Part shown: one piece after another, positions 37,217 through 47,468 of the stretch
Position numbering within the stretch: the stretch's first letter is position 1
Layout of the letters: every line of letters starts with the position of its first letter
The notes under the pieces: model-generated
What the model saw: the letters and a program-made list of their open reading frames with translations, nothing else
Told to the model about the DNA's origin: nothing
Databases searched by the model: none
Origin: an uncultured bacterium
GTDB lineage: Bacteria > Actinomycetota > Acidimicrobiia > Spongiisociales > UBA5794
Length of the DNA stretch: 64,000 nucleotides
Reading direction: 5' to 3'
NCBI GenBank assembly: GCA_963801165.1
Contig: CAWDDT010000011.1
Location: 256,001 to 320,000 of the forward strand
Made by a program: the position numbers and the translations under genes

Positions 37217-38374
37217 TCAGCCATCGCGAGGCCGCCGCAGCCGCCGAAAGGGAGAGCCAACGAGCTGCGGGCGTGCGGCAGCGGACCGGGGCTTGAAGCC
37301 AAAACGACGTAAACGAGGTTCGAGCCGACTCGGCGCCGACCGATCAGAGCTCCAGGGTGCGTATGGGGCGACCGTCACCTCGGCGAGCGCCAGGAGAGCG
37401 GTGTCGTAGTTCACCCGCCATCCGGCGAAATCGCGCCATGCCTGATCCTGGTCTGCCTTGAGCTCGAGACCCGCCTCCTTCATCTGATCCCAGGCAGAGT
37501 CGAACTCGTCCCGGCTGATCGAAATCGGATCATCGGGCTCGGGGTCCCGGTCGAAGACGATGCCGAAGAAGTCCGCCAGCTGCCGCAGCGTCAGAAAGCC
37601 GGACCGGATGCAGACACGGGCCGGACCTGCCGGAATCCTCTCGATACACGAGACGTAGAGCGCTGCCGCATCGAGCACCGTGCCGGACGCCGTCACCCAG
37701 GACCGCTGCGGTTGCGGCGAGCGGAAGAACGCCAGGATGGGGAAGGTGGTGTGTGACTCCTCGATCTCGGCGAACCATCGCTCCCAGTCGAGCCAGGTCT
37801 CCTCGGCGCTGGCCACCCAACCGATGCGGTAATAGCGGATGAGCATCTCGACCGCGGAAGGGGGGTTACCGGCGCGCACCTCGAGCAACGCCACCTGGGT
37901 CTCCCTCCGGGCAAACGTCGAGTAGATCGAGGGAAGATATGTGATCATGAGCGTGATCAGGATCAGCCCCCAACCGGCCTCGGTGAAGGCAAGCATTCGC
38001 TCCGCCGTCGTGGTTGCCACCACAAAGCCCAGGGTGGTCAACGAGGAGCCGCTGAGAGCGATTGCGTTGGCCAGCGAGCCCGTGTCGAGCGCCCAGAACA
38101 TGAACGAGTAGGCCGACCCGATGAGAAACAGCCAGACGATCGGGAGCGCCAGGAGCGTCGTCGGACCGTACAACGCAAGCACCCGGTCCCGTCTGGCGAA
38201 CGGCTGAGACGGACCGGCCGGGATCAGGAAGAGACGACGCATCGCCCGGTAGACCCAGCGGCTGATCGCCACCTGGGCACTACGAGGCAGCACCGTTGTC
38301 CGCAGTGCCGACATCACCGTCCACAGGGCAACGATGACCCCGACGAGAAACACAACAACACGAAGCGCAATCAC
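37217..38374 (-). CDS. Potassium-channel-like membrane protein (ion channel superfamily, degenerate filter)
   Basis: SGSSLTTLGF pore-like segment followed by EAGWGL...ITYLPSIY..F.RRE, and EIEESH..FP.L.FFRS. Start reset to GTG 38374. Confidence 0.7.
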   Translation of the reverse strand: MIALRVVVFLVGVIVALWTVMSALRTTVLPRSAQVAISRWVYRAMRRLFLIPAGPSQPFARRDRVLALYGPTTLLALPIVWLFLIGSAYSFMFWALDTGSLANAIALSGSSLTTLGFVVATTTAERMLAFTEAGWGLILITLMITYLPSIYSTFARRETQVALLEVRAGNPPSAVEMLIRYYRIGWVASAEETWLDWERWFAEIEESHTTFPILAFFRSPQPQRSWVTASGTVLDAAALYVSCIERIPAGPARVCIRSGFLTLRQLADFFGIVFDRDPEPDDPISISRDEFDSAWDQMKEAGLELKADQDQAWRDFAGWRVNYDTALLALAEVTVAPYAPWSSDRSAPSRLEPRLRRFGFKPRSAAARPQLVGSPFRRLRRPRDG

Positions 38375-38515
38375 GGCAACACCGTACCCGCACCGAAACG
38401 TGATGACGTCGCAATCAGGTCGCGGCCGTAGCGACCGCGGCGAGCCAGCCACCTCACAACTCATCCACCGGGCGTAGCAGAACCATCTCAAACGAAATGC
38501 CGGCGCCGCCGGCAT

Positions 38516-39020
38516 CTGGTCCGGGAGGGGGACAAACCAACGGCGACCACCGCTCGTACTTCCCCCCTCGGACGGCCCGGGAGGCCGTCCGATCCCCCCG
38601 AAATGGGGGGATCACTGCTCTCCTCCAATCGCCGCTGGTACACCCGATCGGCGGTCACGCCAGTAGTAGCCCTCCCCTTGCGGGAGGGCGGGGCCAGACC
38701 CGACCACAGGGAGGAACTGGTCCGGGAGGGGGACACAACCAACGGCGGGCGCTGCTTGTCCTTCCCCCCTCGGACGGCCCGGGAGGGCCGTCCGATCCCC
38801 CCGAAATGGGGGGATCACTGCTCTCCTCCAATCGCCGCTGGTACACCCGATCGGCGGTCACGCCAGTAGTAGCCCTCCCCTTGCGGGAGGGCGGGGCCAG
38901 ACCCGACCGCAGGGAGGGACTGGTGCGGGAGGGGGACAAACCAACGGCGACCACCGCTCGTACTTCCCCCCTCGGACGGCCCGGGAGGCCGTCCGATCCC
39001 CCCGAAATGGGGGGATCACT
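38516..39020. repeat. About 2.5 tandem copies of a ~202-bp palindrome-rich (REP/BIME-like) unit
   Basis: Units start at 38516, 38717 and 38920. Hairpins include tcggacggcccgggaggccgtccga, gatccccccgaaatggggggatc and ccctccccttgcgggaggg. Confidence 0.9.
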
Positions 39021-39177
39021 ACTTGCTCCCCGCTCATAGAAGACGTGAAACGATCAACACGGCGCCATCGCTTGATGGCACGACTGAGAAACCGGCGCAC
39101 CCGGGTCAAACGGCTCTTGACCCTCACGTCGCGTAAGGCTCTACGGTCGCTACGACAGATGTCAAAAGAAAGGCGAG

Positions 39178-40074
39178 ATGATGAGCTTCCCCGAGTCGAC
39201 AGGACCCGTGTGCCTTCGAGACACCGACGCATACCGGCTCGTGTCACACCATGTCGGTGCCGAGCTCGAGATCCGGGTTGCCCGACCAGTTCCCGGCGCG
39301 GCGGGCCCGCTGCCCGAGGTGTATTCCATCCTGTACATCACCGACGGGGACCTCTTCTTCGGCATGGCTACCGAGATATCCCGCCTCCGCTACCAACTGT
39401 TCGGTGAGCTTCCGCCACTACTCGTTGTCGGTATCGGCTACGGGACCAACGATGCACGAGTTCAAGGCGAGACGCGCAACCGCGATCTGACCCCGACCGT
39501 CGACCCCGGCTTCTTCGAGATGGGACGGCGAATAGACCCGGCGTGGGAGCCGCTGCTCGAAGAGGGGCAGCAGATGGGCAGAGCCGACGAGTTCCTCGCA
39601 TTCATCGAGACTGAGCTCCGGCCGCTTCTGGCCAGCCGCTACCCGACCGCCGACGACGGGTCCGTTCTCTTCGGTTCGTCGCTCGGGGGCCTCTTCACCA
39701 CCTACGCCCTGCTCGCCAGGCCCGAGCTATTCGATCACTATGTGATCGTGAGCCCCGCCCTGTGGTGGGACCACGAAGCTGTCTTCCGGATCGAATCGGA
39801 GACAGCGGCCGTGCCGGAGGGTCGCGCAAAGCATGTGTACCTCGCGGTCGGGGAACACGAGGAGTCGGCAGCGATTCCGGGTCTGGCCGAATGGAGGCTC
39901 GTCACCAACACCCGGCGCATGGCAGGCTTGCTGGAGAGTCGCAACCCGGCATCCGAGGTCACCTGCGAGGTACTGCCGGGCGAGACGCACACATCGGCAG
40001 TAGCAGTTGGCTTGACCCGCGGCCTCGGAAGTGTCCTCGCCGGCGCCGGGATTGGGGTAGGGCCACGCTTCTAA
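39178..40074 (+). CDS. Alpha/beta hydrolase (IroE/BesA-like putative esterase)
   Basis: LYITDGD, VVGIGY, RNRDLTP, GSSLGG nucleophile elbow, SPALWW and ETH motifs. Confidence 0.88.
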   Translation: MMSFPESTGPVCLRDTDAYRLVSHHVGAELEIRVARPVPGAAGPLPEVYSILYITDGDLFFGMATEISRLRYQLFGELPPLLVVGIGYGTNDARVQGETRNRDLTPTVDPGFFEMGRRIDPAWEPLLEEGQQMGRADEFLAFIETELRPLLASRYPTADDGSVLFGSSLGGLFTTYALLARPELFDHYVIVSPALWWDHEAVFRIESETAAVPEGRAKHVYLAVGEHEESAAIPGLAEWRLVTNTRRMAGLLESRNPASEVTCEVLPGETHTSAVAVGLTRGLGSVLAGAGIGVGPRF

Positions 40075-40089
40075 CGAGAGGCGACGAGC

Positions 40090-41892
40090 TCACCGCTGCA
40101 TGTAGTTGTCGCGGAGGGATCGCCGCATCACTTTGGCCGACGCAGTCCGGGGCAGCTCCGCCAGCGCAACGACGTCGGAGATCTTGAACAGCGGGTTCAG
40201 GACCTCTCTGATGCGGTGCTGCATCTCCCCGGTCACCGCACTCACGTCCGAACCGGTGTCGAGCACGACATACATCACCAGCGAGCTCGGGCCACCCCCC
40301 GGCGGGTCGACCGCGATGGCGGCCGACTCGATAAGACCGGGACTGCCCATCACGGCCCTCTCGATCTCCGCGGAGCCGACCTTGATCCCGCCGAGATTCA
40401 TCGCGTCGTCGACCCGGCCCTGAGCCCGGAACCGACCGCCGGGGAGGCGCTCGATCCGGTCGCCGTGGCGGCGTAGCCTCACCCCGGCGACTGCGGGTGT
40501 CCCTGAGTAGTAGACCATGTCGTGGTCCCGGTTGAGCAATTCGGTGGACAGCCCCATAGCGGGCGGCTCGATGAACAACTCGCCGATATCGGCCGGATCG
40601 CCGTTCTCATCGAGAATGTGAATCGCGCCGCCGACGGTCGGCGTCGTGAACGTCGACGGCGTGCACGGCTGCAGGACCGTGCCGCTCATGTAGCCCCCCG
40701 CGAGTTCGGTGCCACCGATGTACTCCATGATCGGCTTATTGCCGGCGAGATCCATCAGGTACGCCATGTCCGAGGAGTTGGATGCCTCCCCGGTCGAGCT
40801 GAACAACCGGATCCGAGACCAGTCATACGGCTCGGCGACGCCCGAAGAGCGCCACGAGGCGACGAGAGAGGGAACCACCCCGAGGATCGTCACCCCGGCC
40901 GCTTCGACAAACCGGGCGAATCCCGCGCCCGCGGGGACGTCATCGTGCAGGGCCATTGTTGCCCCGTTGATAAGCGTCGCATAGATCAGCCATGGCCCCA
41001 TCATCCATCCCAGGTTGGTCGGCCACGCCACCGTGTCCCCGGGATGGATGTCCTGGTGAAAGTGCCCATCCGACGCGGCTTTGATCGGTGCCGTATGGGT
41101 CCACGGGATCGCTTTGGGGTCACCAGTCGTCCCTGAGGAGAAGAGAATGTTGCTGTGATCCCCCGGATCACAGGGCACAGCCGCAAAGCCGTCGTCCACC
41201 GCCAGGAACTCATCCCACCACCGGTCGCCGGGTCGCAGCTTCGTGCCGGCACCCGTCGTGACCACGACGGCTCGCCCGGCTCCGGCTGCTACCACCTTCT
41301 CGTACATGGGGAGCGTCTTGCCACCTCTTCGGATGACATCCTGGGTGACCACGAGGTCCGTGCCGGCGATACGCAGCCGTGTCTGGATCTCCATCGGCGC
41401 AAAGCTGTCGGCAATCGATACGACAACGCCACCCGCCAGCACGATTCCCAGGTAGGCGACGACCGACTCGGGGCTCATCGACATGGCGATGGCCACCCGT
41501 TCACCAGGACCGACACCACTCTGGCGCAAGCCGTTGGCAAAACGGTTTGCCTGCCGACGCAGCTCCTCGTAGGTGAGCCGATGCAGATCTCCCCCTCGGC
41601 TGGAGACGATCGCAACGGCGATTCGATCGGCCTGAAAGCACGACTCGGCGATGTTCAGCGTGGCTCCGGCCAGCCACCGCGGATGCTGCGGGGTGCCGTT
41701 GAGGATCACGTTCGCCGGCTCACTGAGGACAATGCCGAGACGCTCCGTCGTGTAGCCCCAGAACTCCCCCCGCTGCGCGGCCGACCATGTGTAGAAGTCG
41801 TCGTACGTGCCCAGACCGAGTTCGCTCATGGCATCGGTCAGATTTGCGGCCGCGATCACATCTGCGCCGGGAAACCAGCGAGCTTCATCCAT
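40090..41892 (-). CDS. AMP-binding acyl-CoA synthetase (acetyl-CoA synthetase-like)
   Basis: FSSGTTGDPK, WPTNLGWMMG, STGE, GGTE, RHGD, GRVDD and PRTASAK motifs. Confidence 0.9.
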   Translation of the reverse strand: MDEARWFPGADVIAAANLTDAMSELGLGTYDDFYTWSAAQRGEFWGYTTERLGIVLSEPANVILNGTPQHPRWLAGATLNIAESCFQADRIAVAIVSSRGGDLHRLTYEELRRQANRFANGLRQSGVGPGERVAIAMSMSPESVVAYLGIVLAGGVVVSIADSFAPMEIQTRLRIAGTDLVVTQDVIRRGGKTLPMYEKVVAAGAGRAVVVTTGAGTKLRPGDRWWDEFLAVDDGFAAVPCDPGDHSNILFSSGTTGDPKAIPWTHTAPIKAASDGHFHQDIHPGDTVAWPTNLGWMMGPWLIYATLINGATMALHDDVPAGAGFARFVEAAGVTILGVVPSLVASWRSSGVAEPYDWSRIRLFSSTGEASNSSDMAYLMDLAGNKPIMEYIGGTELAGGYMSGTVLQPCTPSTFTTPTVGGAIHILDENGDPADIGELFIEPPAMGLSTELLNRDHDMVYYSGTPAVAGVRLRRHGDRIERLPGGRFRAQGRVDDAMNLGGIKVGSAEIERAVMGSPGLIESAAIAVDPPGGGPSSLVMYVVLDTGSDVSAVTGEMQHRIREVLNPLFKISDVVALAELPRTASAKVMRRSLRDNYMQR

Positions 41893-42031
41893 GGAGCCTC
41901 CGGGGACCTATCGGTGAGAAGGCTAGCGGTGGGTGTCAGGAACCGAGGAGAGCCAGCTCCTGCTCGACGTCGGCGCCGTCGGCAGCGGCGGAAAGCCGCA
42001 ACCGGAACTTGGTCCAGCCCTCTTCGCGCAC

Positions 42032-43540
42032 TCAGTCGAGATCCCCGCCCATGAGCCGGGCCAGCAGACGGCTGACGTAGAGGCCGATACCGACCCCGCT
42101 CGGTGAGCGGGAGGCCACGTCCTCGGTTTGCTCGTAAGGCTCGAAGATGCGCTCGTGGTCCTCGGCGGCGAGATTCCCGTCATCGGCGACCACGACTGTG
42201 AGCCAGCTGCCGTCGAGGCCGGCGTCGACAGTGATTGTGCCACCGCCGTAGCGAACGGCGTTCTCGAGCAGGTTGCGCAGGATCTGACGAAGCCTCGTTG
42301 TTTCGGCGTATGCGGGCAGATCCGCGGCGCGGCTCACGACCCGGTGCCTCCCCTCATCCGCCAGTGACCCAATGGCGTACTCAACATGTGCCTGCAGCCG
42401 CGTACTCTCCATCGCCAGCCGCAACCGCGACGGGTCGGAACGCGCTGCGACCAGCAGGTCCTCCACGATGTTGGCCGCCTCGACCGCCTGCTCGGTCATC
42501 ATCAGCATCACGTCTTGACGCTCCTGCTCGTCGAAGTCGTTCCAACGGGGACCCAGTTCGGAGGCCACTCCGAGCACGACGGTGAGCGGAGTTCGCAGTT
42601 CGTGGCTCACAGTGGCAAGGAACCGGTCCTTGCTCTCATTCAGGTCCTGGGCGAGACGCAACCTCTCGGCGAGGCCCTCCGATCTGGCCTTTGCCATCCG
42701 ACCCATCCATACCAGCAGCAAGGCGACCACGATCCCCGTGGCGAGCACGAGTATCACGATCCACGGCGATTGGGCGAAGTGGAAGTCTTCGCCGGGACGA
42801 ACCACCAACTCGAGCGCCCGCTTGGTCCCGTCCGGGCTACGTATCTCTTCGAGTTCAGAGGCGGGTTCGCCCATCGAAAGCACCAACTCGTTGCCGAAGC
42901 GGACGTCGATCACATCTACTGCGTATTGACCCTCCCCGGCCGCCTCCACAGCCGACGAAAGCATCCGGTCCGGACGGAAGGCCACACCAATGAGTTGGGG
43001 CCCGGCATCACCGTCGATCGGCATAGCAACGATGTAGTCAAGCCGTCCGCTGTCATCGGCGACGAGCGGTTGGCTGAAGAAGACATCTCCCGCTTCCTGC
43101 AGCTCCCTGAACTCGCCTAGTGAGATCTTGATGTCCGGGATCTCGAAGTTCACACTCGACAGCAGCGGAGAGCCGACGTCGAGCAGGGGCGCCCCCTTCC
43201 CGGCTCCGCTGGCGTCCACCGGGTAGGTGACAACGGCCAACAGCGAAGTGAGCACGGAGATATCGATCTCATTGACGACTGCCATGAGGTCGATCTCATC
43301 GATGGGCTGGCCGGCGAGGCTCTGTGTCCCGGTGCCGGCGAGTTGAAGAATGCGAATCTGCTCCTCGACGTTCGACTGGATCGCATGCGCACCGCGGCTC
43401 AGCGTATCCCGGTCGGACTTCAGAGCAGTGGCGTTCAGCCAGACCGCGACAAGGCCGCTGCCGAGGACGACGAGCAGCGCGGCCACCAACCACGGAAGCG
43501 TCTGTCCCACCGAACTGCTGGTAACCCGGGGACGGAACAT
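42032..43540 (-). CDS. Membrane sensor histidine kinase; ends at an apparently premature TGA, and the frame continues to 41936
   Basis: 2 TM helices, VSHELRTPL H-box, RNLLENAVRY, DDG, IFEPY and GIGL; terminates at GGDLD. Confidence 0.85.
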   Translation of the reverse strand: MFRPRVTSSSVGQTLPWLVAALLVVLGSGLVAVWLNATALKSDRDTLSRGAHAIQSNVEEQIRILQLAGTGTQSLAGQPIDEIDLMAVVNEIDISVLTSLLAVVTYPVDASGAGKGAPLLDVGSPLLSSVNFEIPDIKISLGEFRELQEAGDVFFSQPLVADDSGRLDYIVAMPIDGDAGPQLIGVAFRPDRMLSSAVEAAGEGQYAVDVIDVRFGNELVLSMGEPASELEEIRSPDGTKRALELVVRPGEDFHFAQSPWIVILVLATGIVVALLLVWMGRMAKARSEGLAERLRLAQDLNESKDRFLATVSHELRTPLTVVLGVASELGPRWNDFDEQERQDVMLMMTEQAVEAANIVEDLLVAARSDPSRLRLAMESTRLQAHVEYAIGSLADEGRHRVVSRAADLPAYAETTRLRQILRNLLENAVRYGGGTITVDAGLDGSWLTVVVADDGNLAAEDHERIFEPYEQTEDVASRSPSGVGIGLYVSRLLARLMGGDLD

Positions 43541-43566
43541 GCCTGTCCATGTTGGCAGATACGGGC

Positions 43567-43614
43567 GGGTGCTAAGGGTTTGGGTGCTAAGGGTTGGGTG
43601 CTAAGGGTTGGGTT
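43567..43614. repeat. Three 14-bp tandem repeats GGGTGCTAAGGGTT (G-quadruplex potential)
   Basis: Copies at 43567, 43582 and 43596, followed by gggtt. Confidence 0.85.
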
Positions 43615-43710
43615 GGACAGACGCCATCCGATTGCTCGAGAGCCAGGGTCGACACCGGGCCGGGTCCCGGTATCCAACGACGAAGGAGCAGACACTGCCA
43701 AAATGCTGTC

Positions 43711-44622
43711 GTGGAATATGCCATTCAGACCGCTGCAGACAACTACGCCGGGTTCCTCGAGGCAGCCCGTTGGGCCGAGCGCAAGGAACTGGCCGCCTTC
43801 GCCATACCTGATCACTACCTATACGGGACCGATGCTGCGCAGAGCGGGCCGGCATACGACGCCTTTGCGGTGATGGCCGGTCTCGCCAGAGAGACGGCCA
43901 CAATCGAGCTGGTGATCCTTGTCTCACCGATTACCTTTCGCCACCCCTCTGTCATCACAAAGAACGTCGCCACGATCCAGGAGATGGCCGGCGGGCGTTT
44001 CAAGCTGGGACTGGGGACCGGCTGGCTAGAGCAGGAGCACACTCAGTTCGGCATCGACTTCCCGGAGAGAGGCGAGCGGTTCGCCAGGCTCGAGGAGGCG
44101 CTGGGGTACCTGCGTGCGGCATTCGCCGAGCCTCCGGCCGGCTTCTCCGGTGAGTATTACAAGTTCCAGGGATTCGACATCCAGCCGCGACCAAACCTGA
44201 AACTGGTGGTCGGGGGCACCGGAGCCGTCAAGACACCACAGCTCGCCGGCAGGTACGCCGATGAGCTGAACGCCTACCCGGCGATTCCCAACGAGTATGC
44301 CGCCAGGATCGAACGGGCCCGCAGCGCAGCAGTAGCAGCGGGCCGGGACCCCGCGTCCCTGCTGATCTCCAGCTCCGGGCAGATAGTCGCGGCCGACACG
44401 GAACAGCGTTACCACGAGCTCATGGAGGAGATCGCAGCCGAGCACGGCACGTCGGCAGACAAGCTCGAACAAGAGGCGGCAAGACGCAACGCGCCCCGAG
44501 GGACCTGGCAGCAGGTCCGGGACATCATGGCGGGCATGCAGGACGCCGGGATGAGCCGGTTCTACTTCCAGGGCAGATTCGATCCAGACGCGATCGAGTT
44601 GCGTCTCGAGAAGCTCATGTAG
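43711..44622 (+). CDS. LLM-class (luciferase-like, probably F420-dependent) oxidoreductase
   Basis: PDHY, LVSPITFRHP, GRFKLGLGTGW..EH, VGGTG and AGRYADE motifs. Start reset to GTG 43711. Confidence 0.88.
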   Translation: MEYAIQTAADNYAGFLEAARWAERKELAAFAIPDHYLYGTDAAQSGPAYDAFAVMAGLARETATIELVILVSPITFRHPSVITKNVATIQEMAGGRFKLGLGTGWLEQEHTQFGIDFPERGERFARLEEALGYLRAAFAEPPAGFSGEYYKFQGFDIQPRPNLKLVVGGTGAVKTPQLAGRYADELNAYPAIPNEYAARIERARSAAVAAGRDPASLLISSSGQIVAADTEQRYHELMEEIAAEHGTSADKLEQEAARRNAPRGTWQQVRDIMAGMQDAGMSRFYFQGRFDPDAIELRLEKLM

Positions 44623-44634
44623 AAAGGTAAGGGG

Positions 44635-45804
44635 ATGGAAGAGGTGCCTGATTCGATCACCACACCGTCGGTGGGGTGGTATCGCGTGTGGCTTCCCCGC
44701 CTAACTGTGGGCACCATCACGGTGCTTATCGCCATCTACGGGAGCACCTGGATCGTCGGGAACACATCCGGGTTCATGATCACCCTGGTGATCTCGGTCT
44801 TTGCCGCTTTTGCAATGCTCCCTGCGGTCGAAGCCCTCAGCAATCGTGGTTGGCGTCGCGGCCTGGCGACTGCGCTGGTCATGATCGTGACCGCGGCATT
44901 CGGCGTCGTGTTCGCATATGCCCTGATCAACGTGGCCGTGGGTGAGACGATCAAGCTGGTCGGCCAGGTCCCCTCCTACATCCGATCGCTGGTGTCCTGG
45001 GCAAACCGCACCTTCGACGTGCAGATCTCCAGCGACCAGATCATCTCGGACATCACCGCCGATCAGCAACGTCTCCAGGCCCTTTCCACAAACGCAGTCA
45101 GTGGCGTCCTCGGTCTTGCCTCCACAGCGGTCGGCTTGCTGTTCCAGCTGCTGACGATCGGCCTGTTCGTCTTCTACATCCTGGCGGATCTACCCAGGCT
45201 GCGGGCAGCCATCCTGCGCAGAATGCCACCCGAGCAGCAACAACACGTCGACACCATCACCGCGATCACCATCGAAAAGGTGGGTGGCTACGTCTATTCG
45301 CGCAGCCTCCTTGCTGTGTCCTCGACCATATTCCACTTTGTGGCGTTCACCTGGATCGGCGTCCCCTATGCGTTCGCCCTCTCGCTGTGGGTGGGAATCG
45401 TCTCGCAGTTCGTCCCGACCGTTGGCACGTACATCGCGGGGGCGTTTCCACTGCTGATCGCTCTGGCCGAAAAGCCATTCGACGCCTTCCTCGTGCTGAT
45501 CGCGATCCTCGCCTATCAGCAAGTCGAGAACTACCTACTGTCGCCACGGATCACCGCCAACACCATGAATCTGCACCCGGCCGTCGCATTTGGCGCGGCC
45601 ATCGTCGGGGCGTCGCTACTCGGCGGCGTGGGTGCGCTGCTGGCGCTGCCGGTGGCCGCGACAATCGTCGCCATGGTCCAGACCTACGGCGACCACTACG
45701 AACTGATCCACTCGGAGCACATCGAGAGCCCGGAACAGTACAAAGAGCGCATGCGTGAGAGCGCCGAACAGAGGGCTGCACGTCGCGCGAAACGCCGCTC
45801 CTGA
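44635..45804 (+). CDS. AI-2E family transporter
   Basis: SQFVPTVGTY, YQQVENYLLSPRI, LHPAVAF and GALLALPVAA motifs. Confidence 0.9.
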   Translation: MEEVPDSITTPSVGWYRVWLPRLTVGTITVLIAIYGSTWIVGNTSGFMITLVISVFAAFAMLPAVEALSNRGWRRGLATALVMIVTAAFGVVFAYALINVAVGETIKLVGQVPSYIRSLVSWANRTFDVQISSDQIISDITADQQRLQALSTNAVSGVLGLASTAVGLLFQLLTIGLFVFYILADLPRLRAAILRRMPPEQQQHVDTITAITIEKVGGYVYSRSLLAVSSTIFHFVAFTWIGVPYAFALSLWVGIVSQFVPTVGTYIAGAFPLLIALAEKPFDAFLVLIAILAYQQVENYLLSPRITANTMNLHPAVAFGAAIVGASLLGGVGALLALPVAATIVAMVQTYGDHYELIHSEHIESPEQYKERMRESAEQRAARRAKRRS

Positions 45805-45841
45805 TCGACTTACCCGGACCGGGCTCTACTCTCTGTCGTTC

Positions 45842-47377
45842 ATGAACGTAAGCGTCAGCGGCCCTCTCCGTGTAGCCATCATCGTGTTCGGCGCGCTCGC
45901 GGCCGCCGCCGCCGGGACCCTGGCGCTGTTCACGATCGGCGAGACCTACGCCGTCGTCACAGCTACAACGATTGCCGCCAGCTCTGTGATCATCGCCTTC
46001 ACCGCTCCCGTCGTCCTCGGCCGAGTCGTGGTCGTCGCGCTCATTGCTGCACTCGCTGGGAGCGTGGTCATCGGCGGATACGGTGCGGCCCAGATCCTGG
46101 CCGCGCTCACCGCGGGCAACACCGGACCGGTCGATGCGCCCGACGCGACACGACTGGCGACGGCACAAAACAAGATCGACCAATCGAACGGATCGTCGTC
46201 GTTTCAGGTGACGCTGACCGAGGACGAGTTGAACGCGGTTCTCCTCGACGCGCTCGCCGACACGGACACGCCGTTCCAGCGAGTGTCCATCGATATCGTC
46301 AACTCGGTCGGTGAAACTCCGCTCATCGCGTTCGCCGGCAGGTTCAAGGGCGGAGACCTGACCGTGACCGGTGAGGTGACAGCCCGGGTGACCGGGGGCC
46401 GGGTCGATATCGAGCTGCTCCATGCGGACATCGGCATGTTCACCATGCCGGCTGTTGCCATGAACGCCGTTCAGGACATGATCGGTAGGGTCGCCGACCT
46501 CAATCGTGCCCTGGCGAAAGACGGTGCCGACATACAACAGGTCATCATCGGTGACGACCAGGTGTCGGTCTCCGGTGTCAGCCTGGGCGGCACAGAGGTC
46601 GACGCCTCGACGATGCTGGCGGCCTTCGGCGACCTGAGCGGTTTGACCACCAGCGCCGTCGACCCGGTGCATTACGACCCGGGGGTCAACACGGCGACCG
46701 CCGAGGGGAGCCCTATCTATCTGGCGCTGGGCGACTCGCTTGCCGCCGCCACCGGGGTCGACGGGTACGCCGAGGGCTACGTCTCGCAGGTTCATCGAGA
46801 GCTGAGCCTGCGCGACGGTGCGGTCTACGGTCTCCAGAATCTCGGGGCTGTGGGAGAAACCTCGGGGACGATGCTCAGCGGGGGCCAGCTCGACCAGGCC
46901 GTCGCCGCCGGCCAGGACAACGACGTCGCATACGTGACCATCGACATCGGAGCAAACGATCTGCTTGGTCACCTGGGATCGGAGGACTGCAGCGCGGACA
47001 TCACCGCCGCGACGTGCCGGGCAGGTATCGATCTATCACTAGATGCGTATCGCAGAAACATCGACGCGATCTTCGCCACGCTTCGGGATGCGTTCCCGGA
47101 CGCCACCATCGTCTTTCTCGAGGCCTACAACCCGTTCTCCCTGGGGTTCGAGGGCCGGGTCGAGTTCGAGACGGTCAGCGACGAGGCCCTCAACTCCTTG
47201 AACCAGCTCGCAGTTGAGGCCGCATCGAGATACCAGATCACGGTTGCCGATGGATTCACACCCATGCAAAACACGGCTGCGGCGACGACCCACATGACAT
47301 CCGTTCCCCCCGACATCCATCCCAACGAGCTGGGCTACGACATTCTCACCCAGGCGATCATGTCGGCCCTGGGCTGA
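45842..47377 (+). CDS. Membrane-anchored SGNH/GDSL hydrolase with an N-terminal extra domain
   Basis: YLALGDSL, IDIGAND and DIHPNELGY motifs; 3 N-terminal TM helices. Start reset to ATG 45842. Confidence 0.85.
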   Translation: MNVSVSGPLRVAIIVFGALAAAAAGTLALFTIGETYAVVTATTIAASSVIIAFTAPVVLGRVVVVALIAALAGSVVIGGYGAAQILAALTAGNTGPVDAPDATRLATAQNKIDQSNGSSSFQVTLTEDELNAVLLDALADTDTPFQRVSIDIVNSVGETPLIAFAGRFKGGDLTVTGEVTARVTGGRVDIELLHADIGMFTMPAVAMNAVQDMIGRVADLNRALAKDGADIQQVIIGDDQVSVSGVSLGGTEVDASTMLAAFGDLSGLTTSAVDPVHYDPGVNTATAEGSPIYLALGDSLAAATGVDGYAEGYVSQVHRELSLRDGAVYGLQNLGAVGETSGTMLSGGQLDQAVAAGQDNDVAYVTIDIGANDLLGHLGSEDCSADITAATCRAGIDLSLDAYRRNIDAIFATLRDAFPDATIVFLEAYNPFSLGFEGRVEFETVSDEALNSLNQLAVEAASRYQITVADGFTPMQNTAAATTHMTSVPPDIHPNELGYDILTQAIMSALG

Positions 47378-47468
47378 GCCGACTCCTTCTTTGCGAGAAA
47401 CCGGGAACCTACCGGCGTGATCGCGACATCAGAGAGAGTGACAGCCAGGAAGCAACGGGGAGTCACCC

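Noticed and set aside
38488-39247. Possible CRISPR array or coding repeats in the ~202-bp array
   Set aside because: Units are ~200 bp and nearly identical with no unique spacers or cas genes; the ORFs are repeat artefacts.
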